Assembly: GCA_965198005.1 (NCBI GenBank)
Contig: CBDAOI010000004.1
Span: forward strand, 1,792,001 to 1,856,000
DNA length: 64,000 bases
Source: Spirochaetia bacterium
GTDB lineage: Bacteria > Spirochaetota > Spirochaetia > SZUA-6 > Bin103
Direction: 5' to 3'
Shown: positions 19,253 through 28,185 of the stretch, one piece after another
How the letters are laid out: the number at the start of each line of letters is the position of its first letter
Position numbering within the stretch: position 1 is the stretch's first letter
Program-made: the position numbers and the translations under genes
The notes under the pieces: generated by a model
The model's input: only the letters and a program-made list of their open reading frames with translations
Told to the model about the DNA's origin: nothing
The model's database searches: none

Positions 19253-19473
19253 CGTCCTCGAACATCTTCGATGAATTCGTCCACCGACTCGCTCATGCTG
19301 CTGAGGTGTCCGATCCACTTGCGCAGGCGGGATTCGGCCGCCGGGGTCTGTTTCTTACGCAGGATCAACTCTCCCCTCGATTCGAGGAACACGACTTCGT
19401 CATGAGGCTCCAGAGCGAACCTCACCCTCAACTGCTTGGGAATCGTCACCTGGCCTCGCTCACCCAACCGCAT
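19249..19473 (-). CDS. AbrB/MazE/SpoVT-family antitoxin
   Basis: MRLGERGQVTIPKQLR..DEVVF; ATGA overlap with the PIN gene. Confidence 0.9.
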   Translation of the reverse strand: MRLGERGQVTIPKQLRVRFALEPHDEVVFLESRGELILRKKQTPAAESRLRKWIGHLSSMSESVDEFIEDVRGR

Positions 19474-19479
19474 GGACGG

Positions 19480-19508
19480 AATATGAATACGTAGATAGGA
19501 TATGTCAA
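19480..19508 (-). promoter_or_regulatory. Sigma70-like promoter for AbrB-PIN
   Basis: Minus strand TTGACA-17 bp-CATATT. Confidence 0.55.
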
Positions 19509-19527
19509 TCGCAGGGAGGTTGACGAG

Positions 19528-20436
19528 GTGATGACCGGGAGTGGCGGGGCAGGGGGCGTGGCGGGGCTGCGGCTGGGGGAGCTGGAGCTGTGGATGGTGG
19601 AGGACGTGCGCTGGCGGCTGGACGGCGGGATGATGTTCGGGACGGTGCCGCGTGTGATCTGGGAGCGGACGGCGCCGCCGGATGCGCGCAACCGGGTGGC
19701 GATGGCGCTGCGCAACCTGCTGATTCGCGGCCGCGACCGGGCCGGCCGGCCGGCGGTGGTGCTGGTGGACGCGGGGCTGGGCGAGATGGCGGCGGGCGCG
19801 CGGTTTCGCGAGCTGTACGGGGTGACCGATCCGGCCGGGCGGCTGCTGGCGGAGCTGGCGGCGGCGGGGGTGGCGGCGGGCGACGTCACGCACGTGGTCT
19901 ACACTCACCTGCACTTCGACCACGTCGCGGGCGGGGTCACCAGCGGCGGCGGCGGTGACGGCGGCGGGCCGCGGCCGGTGTTTCCGCGGGCGCGCTACCT
20001 GGTGCACCGGGGCGAGCTGGCCTACGCCATGCAGCCGGATCGGCGCAGCCGGGCCAGCTACCTGCCGGAGACCTGGCAGCCGCTGCTGGAGGCGGGGCGG
20101 CTGGACACGGTGACGGGGGAGCACGAGGTGATCCCCGGCGTGACGCTGCGCGACGCGCCGGGCCATACCGACCACCTGCAGGTGGTGACCGTGGCCGGGG
20201 GTGGGCGCACCGTCCTGTTCACCGCCGACCTGTTTCCGTTCGCCAGCCACCTCAAGTCCCACTACGTGCCGGCGCTCGACATCGATCCGCGCCGCACGAT
20301 GGAGTCGCGCCGCCGCTACCTGGAACTGATCGCACGCGACGGCTGGCTGCTGCTGTTCCAGCACGACCCCACGTACGGACTGGTGCGCGTAGAACCGGAC
20401 CTGACCGTCACGCCGATGTCCGGCCTCTCGGGATAA
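19528..20436 (+). CDS. MBL-fold metallo-hydrolase (YtnP-like)
   Basis: RLDGGMMFGTVP, THLHFDHVAG (HxHxDH), PGHT, FQHDP. Confidence 0.92.
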   Translation: MMTGSGGAGGVAGLRLGELELWMVEDVRWRLDGGMMFGTVPRVIWERTAPPDARNRVAMALRNLLIRGRDRAGRPAVVLVDAGLGEMAAGARFRELYGVTDPAGRLLAELAAAGVAAGDVTHVVYTHLHFDHVAGGVTSGGGGDGGGPRPVFPRARYLVHRGELAYAMQPDRRSRASYLPETWQPLLEAGRLDTVTGEHEVIPGVTLRDAPGHTDHLQVVTVAGGGRTVLFTADLFPFASHLKSHYVPALDIDPRRTMESRRRYLELIARDGWLLLFQHDPTYGLVRVEPDLTVTPMSGLSG

Positions 20437-20596
20437 CCCGATGCCATACCCCGCGGCTCGCGTACGCCCATGGCCATCGGATCTCCGTCTTGGCCGCACA
20501 TCCCCGATGAGCATCGGCGTCTATTGCCTGGATTGGTGAGCCGCGAAAGCTCGGCGTGAAAGTACTTCGTGAATGCAACCTTGAGGTGACTGAGTT

Positions 20597-20940
20597 ATGA
20601 AATCGCTTGTCGGTGGTCATGTCTTTCTTTCGGCTAGCTTTCCGTCTGGCGAGAGAGGCGAGAAATTCCAACCTTTCGATGCGGCGGCAGTAGCGGACGC
20701 CGTTAGCGCTATCGTTCGTGCGGTGTTGGTGAGCGAAGGAAAGCTCCTCTTTGGCGGTCACCCGACCATCACCCCGCTTGTTCTGATGATCGGAGCTGAA
20801 CTTCGTGTTAGGCGAGCTGTAGATGTCTTTCAGTCGGAGTGGTTCAGAGACGAGGTTACTCCGGAGACATGGAGTATCCAAGGATCCGATGTTGGAAGCA
20901 TTCATTGGACTCCAAGACTCAGCTCCCGCGACGACAGGAT
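20597..20940 (+). pseudogene. SLOG-domain protein, 3'-truncated
   Basis: VFLSASFP..LLFGGHPTITPL..VFQSEWF; the frame then runs antisense into the neighbouring ATPase. Confidence 0.65.
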
Positions 20941-20968
20941 TTCGGGAGGCGTGTGGGCGTCCCAATGG

Positions 20969-22489
20969 TTACGCCGACCTGCGTGCAATCGTTGGGCGTC
21001 TGCTGACACCTCCCTTGCGGCGCAGATTGAGACCGGAGAGGTACAGGTCAGGCACGTCTACGCGATTGTCCGCACGTCGCCGGAAAATGCCGAGCTCGAT
21101 CAAGTAGTCGAGCAAATCGGCCGCTCGGTCGGCGGGCGGACGTAGCCCACCGGCACGCTCCGGGCCCCAGCTCCCGTCCCAGTCTGTTCCAAGCAGCCTC
21201 GTGATCTTGGCCCGGGCCCACGGCACAAGCTGATCTTCCTGCAGCCTGATACGGACTCCCTCCAGCCACGGCCACTCACTTGAAGTACCCTGTGTGACAT
21301 GATTGTCGGAAACATCGTCGAGTGCCTGCCGGAGAGCCGTGGGATGAATCAGCCGGGGCGGACGCAACGATTGATTCGCCGCGTCTTTCCCGGCGGCTTG
21401 TTCAAGCAGCCGAACCAGCGATCGCGGACTCACTTGTCCGTTTCCATCCCGCAGATGAGCAAGTACCCAGTTGCGCACAAAGCCCTTCTTTCGTTCGGCC
21501 CCCATGAATTCGCCGGCAAGTCGCTCCAGCAGGGACCACGCGTCGCGGGGCTCCTTGATTCGTGGGATCATTCCCAGAATGGCGTCCTCGTCGAACCGGA
21601 GTCGAGACCTCCGACAATACGCGGCGAGATCCTCAGAAGTGTTGGCGATACGCTTCACCAACATGGCCAGCAGCGCCGCGTCGGACCACGTGAGCTCGGC
21701 TCGGTTGGCCGCGAGTTTGGCGAAGTCGGCCGTACCCATGCCGGCGTGCCACCTGAACAGGTCTGAACGGAGGAAGATCTTGGCCCGTATCCGTTCCCAA
21801 CGCCGGCTGTAGTCAGACCAGAAGCCGATCAGACCTCGCACCATGCGAGCCATCAGGTCCCAATCGAAACCGCCCAGCGTATCAAGCTCGTCGTAGCCAA
21901 CGAAAACCCATCGATTCTTTCGTTTGAGTTTTCCCTCCAGCTCGTCGAGTGCTCCTGTTGGACTCACCTCCAGCGTTTCGTATGCGTGAAGGATGTCTCC
22001 GACTTCTACTGCCATCGGCGCCATTAGCGGAGTGAGCTTCTGTCGCTGATCCTCGGTAAGAAATTTTCCCAGCGACCGAACGAGCATCGCGTGCCAGATT
22101 TTCTTGGCATCCTCTTCCGAGCGCACCCATTTATTGAGTGCCTGGCTGTCGGGAAAATCCGTGTGGGCCGGATATGCGGCCTTCCATTCCGATGAGTCGG
22201 AAAGAGCTTGTAGAGTCGAGGGGCCGGGCGCCCAGCGCCTGATCGAATCAGCCAGATCGCGGTTTTCCGAGAAGAATGCCTTGAACAAAGCGCTCTTCCC
22301 GGAACCTCGGGGGCCAACGACTAGAACGACCTTCGTATCGAGAGCACGGAGATGCTCTGATACCGGATAGAGGCGTAATGCGAACAGCTCGTCAGTCTCC
22401 GTTTCCGCTTGCCCGTAGCCGAGATCGGTGAGCTGGGCACGTAGTGCCATGCAGTCCTGCTTGGTCAATCCCGGCGACCGATTGCTCAT
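20969..22489 (-). CDS. P-loop ATPase (Sll1717-like)
   Basis: VVGPRGSGKS, FVGYDELD, KIFLRSD, VSPRS; ATGA overlap with the upstream gene. Confidence 0.82.
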   Translation of the reverse strand: MSNRSPGLTKQDCMALRAQLTDLGYGQAETETDELFALRLYPVSEHLRALDTKVVLVVGPRGSGKSALFKAFFSENRDLADSIRRWAPGPSTLQALSDSSEWKAAYPAHTDFPDSQALNKWVRSEEDAKKIWHAMLVRSLGKFLTEDQRQKLTPLMAPMAVEVGDILHAYETLEVSPTGALDELEGKLKRKNRWVFVGYDELDTLGGFDWDLMARMVRGLIGFWSDYSRRWERIRAKIFLRSDLFRWHAGMGTADFAKLAANRAELTWSDAALLAMLVKRIANTSEDLAAYCRRSRLRFDEDAILGMIPRIKEPRDAWSLLERLAGEFMGAERKKGFVRNWVLAHLRDGNGQVSPRSLVRLLEQAAGKDAANQSLRPPRLIHPTALRQALDDVSDNHVTQGTSSEWPWLEGVRIRLQEDQLVPWARAKITRLLGTDWDGSWGPERAGGLRPPADRAADLLDYLIELGIFRRRADNRVDVPDLYLSGLNLRRKGGVSRRPTIARRSA

Positions 22490-23790
22490 CTGGCGCTGCT
22501 CCACAACCGCTCGGCAAGGTCGCGGTACGGGCCTTCACGAAGGAGAATTGGCTCGGCTACTTCACTCAGGTCGCGAAACGTTGCCAAGCGTTCTTCATAC
22601 GGCAGCACCACGGGCACGTGTGGCGCATCATCGCTCTCAAGGTCGCTGAGCGTCCATAGTTCATCCGCCGCCTCATCCGGCTCAGCGTAGTAGTGGGCGC
22701 TGAATGCATCGCGAGCGCGCTCGGTGAACTGGGATACGAGTCCCTGAAATAGGGCTTCATCGGAGCGCGGTACCATGGACGCTGCCAACAGACATTCTGC
22801 CTGTGGCTTGCCTTCCCGGACACGGTCTCCTCCAAGTCGCTTGAGGACGAGCTCCAGCCCCCGCCAACTCGCTTCGGCAAGTGTGCCCAGGAGTACGTGG
22901 ACGTGACATAGACCTCCAGTCAGAAATCCGGACACCTCCCCCAGTCCGGCACGGGCGTCAATCAGAATCCAGCGTGGTGCAAGTTCTCGTCGAATCTGCT
23001 GCAACAGCTCGACAAACGGGTGCGGCGTACCGGCCGACGGTCTCCCATAGTCGATGCGGGCCAGCTTGTCCACATATGCGTCGTCGAATACTCCTGAGGG
23101 GTACACGGAGATCTCTTCCGCGTCGGCGGCGGCATCACGGGCTACATAACGGTGGTGGTAGTCATCGGTCGGCAGCTCGGTCTCCTTCAGAACACGCTGT
23201 TCCAGAAGGTAGTCCACGATACCCCACTGTGCGGTGGAACCGTCATGTCCGGCAAGCAGGTAGCCGACTCCAGGCGCATCCAGATCGGCATCGAGAACAG
23301 CTACCCGATCGCCGCCTTTGGCGAGATGCAACGCGGTGGCGGCGAGCGCAGTTGATCGGCCAACACCACCCTTGAACGAATAGAACAACACGATGGCGGG
23401 TGCGTTCCTTGCACGCATCGTCCATGGCGGATCGGGTGGCGCGTCGAACCAACCGGACTTCGTCAGGTGCTTTTCCAGAATCCGGAGCTTGTCAGTTCCT
23501 TCGTGACGCTTGGCCTGCCGCCAGGAATCCTCTTGCCACGCGCCGTCAGGATGGCCTCTACGTTGTCCTGGAAGGACGCTCTTCGACCAATAATCCGCGC
23601 AGACCTCTCTGAGCTTGTGATCGATTTCGTTGCGACTTGATTCCCATTCACTTTTGGCACACCAAAGAATGACACGGAGCATGGACAGCACATCCTTGAC
23701 GACAAGGATACGCCAGTTTGCAGGCTTGCTTTCGATCCACTCGATTAGAAACTCTTCAGCGAATTTGTACGCCTCGTTCAGGTGTTGCAT
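22486..23790 (-). CDS. KGGVGR-variant ParA/MinD-like ATPase
   Basis: FYSFKGGVGRSTAL, DADLDAPG, ILIDARAG. Confidence 0.87.
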   Translation of the reverse strand: MQHLNEAYKFAEEFLIEWIESKPANWRILVVKDVLSMLRVILWCAKSEWESSRNEIDHKLREVCADYWSKSVLPGQRRGHPDGAWQEDSWRQAKRHEGTDKLRILEKHLTKSGWFDAPPDPPWTMRARNAPAIVLFYSFKGGVGRSTALAATALHLAKGGDRVAVLDADLDAPGVGYLLAGHDGSTAQWGIVDYLLEQRVLKETELPTDDYHHRYVARDAAADAEEISVYPSGVFDDAYVDKLARIDYGRPSAGTPHPFVELLQQIRRELAPRWILIDARAGLGEVSGFLTGGLCHVHVLLGTLAEASWRGLELVLKRLGGDRVREGKPQAECLLAASMVPRSDEALFQGLVSQFTERARDAFSAHYYAEPDEAADELWTLSDLESDDAPHVPVVLPYEERLATFRDLSEVAEPILLREGPYRDLAERLWSSAR

Positions 23791-24185
23791 CAGATCAGGC
23801 CTGCGCGAGTGAGGCCGCCGACAACCTTCTTGTAGACGTCGTCCGCCTCTGCGAGCCAATCCTGGGCGACGGATGCTGCAACGTACGGTCTCCGATAGCG
23901 CATTCGCGGTCTCCACGTCAGTATCTGCTTCATGGCTTGCGAAACAGCGATATATAGGGTGCCCGTACGAGACCCCGATAGCACTGCGAGCGTCTGTACT
24001 TGTAACTGTAGACTGCTCAAATCGTGAATATGTGGAACCTTCTTGTTCTCAACATCAATCATCGTCTTCAGCGCGCACTCGACTACGTATCCCGCGAGAT
24101 ATGCGGCACCATCGTAGCGATTGCTCTTCAACAGAGCCTGTGCATCTTCAAGATGCTTCAGAGCTGCCTTTGGGAAGTCGTCCAT
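23790..24185 (-). CDS. HEPN-like domain protein
   Basis: AALKHLEDAQALL..GAAYLAGYVVECALK..HIHDL..W...MRY. Confidence 0.75.
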   Translation of the reverse strand: MDDFPKAALKHLEDAQALLKSNRYDGAAYLAGYVVECALKTMIDVENKKVPHIHDLSSLQLQVQTLAVLSGSRTGTLYIAVSQAMKQILTWRPRMRYRRPYVAASVAQDWLAEADDVYKKVVGGLTRAGLI

Positions 24186-24258
24186 AGTACAGGTCGCATA
24201 TTAGAAGCATGAGGAAGCGTGTATCATGTGTCAACCTGTGGGGGACGAGGTCGATGAG

Positions 24259-25153
24259 GTGATGACCGGGGGCGATGGGGCAGGGCGCGCGGCGGCGCTG
24301 CGGCTGGGGGAGCTGGAGCTGTGGATGGTGGAGGACGTGCGCTGGCGGCTTGACGGCGGGATGATGTTCGGGACGGTGCCGCGCGTGATCTGGAAGCGGA
24401 CGGCGCCGCCGGACGCGCGCAACCGGGTGGCGATGGCGCTGCGCAATCTGCTGATTCGCGGCCGCGACCGGGAGGGCCGGCCGGCGGTGGTGCTGGTGGA
24501 CGCCGGACTGGGCGAGATGGCGGCGGGCGCGCGGTTTCGCGAGCTGTACGGGGTGACCGATCCGGCCGGGCGGCTGCTGGCGGAGCTGGCGGCGGCGGGG
24601 GTGGCGCCGGGCGACGTGACGCACGTGGTGTACACCCACCTGCACTTCGACCACGTGGCGGGCGGGGTCACAAGCGGCGACGGCGGCGGCGGACCGCGGC
24701 CGGCGTTTCCGAGGGCGCGCTACTTGGTGCACCGGGGCGAGCTGGCCTATGCCACGCGGCCCGACCGGCGCAGCCGCGCCAAGCTATCTGTCGGAGACCT
24801 GGCAGCCGCTGCTGGAAGCGGGGCGGCTCGACCCGGTGGACGGGGAGCACGAGGTGATCCCCGGCGTGACGCTGCGCGACGCGCCGGGCCATACCGACCA
24901 CCTTCAGGTAGTGACCGTGACCGGGGGCGGGCGCACCGTCCTGTTCACGGCCGACCTGTTTCCCTTCGCCAGCCACCTCAAGCCGCACTACGTACCGGCG
25001 CTCGACATCGACCCGCGCCGCACGATGGAGTCGCGCCGCCGCTACCTGGAACGGATCACGGGCGACGGCTGGCTGCTGCTGTTCCAGCATGATCCCACGT
25101 ACGCCCTGGTCCGGGTGGAACCGGACCTGACGGTGACGCCGGTGGCGGAGTAG
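24259..25153 (+). pseudogene. MBL-fold hydrolase copy with +1 frameshift near 24781
   Basis: Paralogue of 19528-20436; gcc-a-agc versus gccagc splits the frame. Confidence 0.85.
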
Positions 25154-25255
25154 CGGCTGAGGTTTGATCAGGTGGACGCCGAACCGTAGAGATGGGTCAA
25201 TGATGGAGAATAGCACGGCGCGCCGTAGATGGTCCGCTATCCGGGAGATCGCCCC

Positions 25256-25924
25256 TTATGCGGGGACCACTACATGTATTATATCGCGTTCACGCGGACG
25301 GATCGTGTCCGCAAACGTATCGCCGGTGGATGGCAGGTTCTCAGCATAACGCACGAACGCTGTGTGATAGAAGTTTCTGAGAATGAAATCGACAAACCGG
25401 AACGGAGTAAGGGGAGCCGTTACAGGAATGCGACAGTTACGGTATTGACCGAGAGTCAAGTGACAGGCGGGATGGTCATGGGCAGCATTGTCGTCAACTC
25501 GTATATCGTAATCGAATCGCACTGGAAACGGGACAATATTCCTGGCAACAACATCCGCATAGAGATCGTCCGACAGGTAGATATCGGGATTATTCTGAAA
25601 CTCGTCGAGATGGGGAGCGGGGAAAAAAGACAGGCGATGACGGCGAACAATTTCAGAATCAAACGCGTACATCATTTGAATCAGTGCGCCGTCGAGCATT
25701 TTGACGTTGTACGCTCGTGCAGTCGATAGTTGTTCGTAGATATCGGAATAACTGACATTCCTGAGCGCAATATTGACGTGGTGAGAGTTTGCAAAGGATA
25801 TGTGCTTGGTATGCGCGCCTGCCGATTTAAGTACTGCGTAGTGTTGCTCGTCCGCTAGTCCTTTTTCCACGAGGTATGAAATGAGTGAATTGATCTGACT
25901 GTAAGTGTCAGTAGCAGTGGGCAT
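25256..25924 (-). CDS. DUF2290 domain protein
   Basis: KMLDGALIQMMY..HRLSFFP..PVRFDYD..HPACHLTLGQYRNCRIPVTAPLTP. Confidence 0.85.
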   Translation of the reverse strand: MPTATDTYSQINSLISYLVEKGLADEQHYAVLKSAGAHTKHISFANSHHVNIALRNVSYSDIYEQLSTARAYNVKMLDGALIQMMYAFDSEIVRRHRLSFFPAPHLDEFQNNPDIYLSDDLYADVVARNIVPFPVRFDYDIRVDDNAAHDHPACHLTLGQYRNCRIPVTAPLTPFRFVDFILRNFYHTAFVRYAENLPSTGDTFADTIRPRERDIIHVVVPA

Positions 25925-25929
25925 TGGTA

Positions 25930-28089
25930 CTAACCAGGCTGCTCGAGATGTTGTTTCAGTCTCTCGACGAGATCCTTATCCAGATCGCGCAGGCTCATTT
26001 TGCCGGATTCAAGGTCGGTAATCAAGTCAGACAGAAACTCATCTCTAAGCTGGAGTTGTTGTAGTTTCTGGTGAGACATGTCTCGGTGGACGATTCGCAG
26101 CTGCTCTCGTTGTTCTTCTGTAGGATATTTGAATCGAAGCTCAAAATTGCAATATTTCAGTGTTTCGTACTCCTCAATAAGTGCGCTCATATTGCTCCCA
26201 ATACCGAGTACGCGAATCCATGCCTTACTCCTCGTTATGGCCGTGAATAGACGATTCCTGAGTGTTGCGAGATTGTACGCGGAGGCGTGACAGTCCTGGG
26301 CGTTGATGATATAGACCATCCCAGCTTCGTTGCCTTTCGCACGATGAATTCCGGTGAAGGTGACTGAGTCGTTCTCGCTCTTGTTGAAGTCATCAGGATC
26401 AGTGTCCACGCCTGCGACGTGACATTCTATCCCTTCTTCCAGCAGACGCCGGCGAATGGGCCCAACCTGGTTGCGAGTGGACCGGGGATCGGGGTTTATG
26501 ACGATAATGTCATCGTGTCGGAGTTCTTCTTTTGTGAGGTTTTCTTTGATTTGTTGCACCAACCAATCGGCCTGTTCCCGGTGACTCTCGAAGATCTTGA
26601 ATTGTATCAGATCTTGCATCGGGGAATGGGTCTCCAAGAAGTGTGGACTCGTAGTCTCCGATCGAACGAGAGCTACGTCTGAGCCCGGCTGAAGTTGTCC
26701 GGAACGGCGACGATACCCGATCTCCTCCCAGAGTCGCGGATGGTCAAACATCTGCACGAGTCCGTTGCTCTCTCGTGCTGACGGCTTTCGATAGATCCCA
26801 AAACCGAGTGCGTGGGCAGTGACCAAAACGGGGCGGGAGTTTCGGTAGCACTTCTCCAGAATAATGTCCTTCCTCATCGTGCCGTCAGACTGAGAATCAA
26901 GGCGAACCCGAGGAGAACCATCCGGGTTCTTGCCAAAAACAATCTCGGGGGCTGGAAGCGAGGACTCGGTGAGACTCTGAAGCTCATCGTACGCATAGAT
27001 CAACCGTTTCGGGTCGTTAAGAGATTCATAGCAAAGCTGGAGAAATGCAGGAGAAAAATCCTGTGCTTCATCGACAAGGATTACATCATAGATTCGCTGT
27101 GGTTTACCCGCTTGGCTGACAGCATGCTTACATGCACTAGCAAATGGATTGTCTGACCCAAACTCTGACCGTGCGCCACGGAAATCGAAATAATCAACCT
27201 CGTTGGCTGTACAGAATGCGTAATAGATGCCATCTCGGTCCGATCTTCCTGGAGCACCCCATGCATTCACAATCCGGAGGGCTTCCCAGTCCGGTTCCTC
27301 CCCGGTCTGCTCCAGACAGAAGATGGTGATGAGCCGCCGGAAGAATCCCTTTAGAGAACGTGTGTTGAAGGTTACCGCAATGCGCCAATCAGAATGCTGA
27401 ACGTGGAGATAAGCAGCCTTCAGAGCAAGAACGATGGTCTTGCCAGAACCGGCGAGGCCTCTAATTCGTTGCACCCCCTCAACGGTCTCGATAACCGCCT
27501 TGTTCTGTATTGAGTCGAGGGTTGCGATGGAATCTTCAAGGCGCTTGAGCCTTGCACCGCGCGAGTTGTCGTGCTGGACGGTGCGACGGACGCGGCTCTT
27601 GCGTATCGTTGACGTACTTTCAATTACGGAGAGAGCGGCTCGGTAGACACTCGCGGTCACTGGTGTCTTGCACTGCGGTAGTCGGTCGAGCAGGTTATCT
27701 CCGTTCGTAAGCGGATAGGTGTCGGTACTGGTGCCATTGGGGCAGTTCACCGCAGGCGCGAAGGAGACTGGGTGGATTTGAATGCGAAGTGATCTCCGAT
27801 CTACGAGCTCCGAGTGCTTCCTGAGGCGTGCTTCAAGTTGGTTGTACGACTCGTCCTGGCGTGCCTGGTAATCTCCCGGTTCGGTACCTTCAATTAGATC
27901 AAAGAGGACGATACCGGTGTCCTCTGAAATGAGTAGGGCGTCGATGGGATAGGAACCGGTCGGCGTAACCATGATGGGATAGCCAATGAACAGTTCACCA
28001 GTCAAGTTGGGGTGCCTCGCTAGGCACTGTTCGAGGGCTGCGCTGGACGCAGGTTTGTTGGTCGTGCCGCGAACGATATCGATAGCCAC
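25930..28089 (-). CDS. Superfamily I helicase with N-terminal nuclease-like domain (helicase-DUF2290 defence system)
   Basis: QRIRGLAGSGKT, ILVDEAQD, CYRN, IHRAKGNE, RNRLFTAITR; immediately upstream of DUF2290. Confidence 0.88.
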   Translation of the reverse strand: MAIDIVRGTTNKPASSAALEQCLARHPNLTGELFIGYPIMVTPTGSYPIDALLISEDTGIVLFDLIEGTEPGDYQARQDESYNQLEARLRKHSELVDRRSLRIQIHPVSFAPAVNCPNGTSTDTYPLTNGDNLLDRLPQCKTPVTASVYRAALSVIESTSTIRKSRVRRTVQHDNSRGARLKRLEDSIATLDSIQNKAVIETVEGVQRIRGLAGSGKTIVLALKAAYLHVQHSDWRIAVTFNTRSLKGFFRRLITIFCLEQTGEEPDWEALRIVNAWGAPGRSDRDGIYYAFCTANEVDYFDFRGARSEFGSDNPFASACKHAVSQAGKPQRIYDVILVDEAQDFSPAFLQLCYESLNDPKRLIYAYDELQSLTESSLPAPEIVFGKNPDGSPRVRLDSQSDGTMRKDIILEKCYRNSRPVLVTAHALGFGIYRKPSARESNGLVQMFDHPRLWEEIGYRRRSGQLQPGSDVALVRSETTSPHFLETHSPMQDLIQFKIFESHREQADWLVQQIKENLTKEELRHDDIIVINPDPRSTRNQVGPIRRRLLEEGIECHVAGVDTDPDDFNKSENDSVTFTGIHRAKGNEAGMVYIINAQDCHASAYNLATLRNRLFTAITRSKAWIRVLGIGSNMSALIEEYETLKYCNFELRFKYPTEEQREQLRIVHRDMSHQKLQQLQLRDEFLSDLITDLESGKMSLRDLDKDLVERLKQHLEQPG

Positions 28090-28185
28090 GTCAACCTCTC
28101 ACGAAGCAGCATACCATGGACTGGGGCCGCTATGCGCGTATGGAAACGGTCGCGCCCTTGTGTGTTGAGTGAATGACGGCGGAAG

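Larger units (their letters stand above)
18191..20416 (+). repeat. Duplicated block copy 2 (shares 5' part with 11513-12660 and MBL gene with ~24245-25142)
   Basis: Direct sequence comparison. Confidence 0.95.

Noticed and set aside
19249-20514. 421-aa minus-strand ORF
   Set aside because: Only the last 74 aa (AbrB) are real; the rest is antisense to the MBL gene.
19528-25153. Duplicated genes as a DGR template/variable repeat pair
   Set aside because: The differences involve all bases rather than only adenines, and the copies are gene-length.
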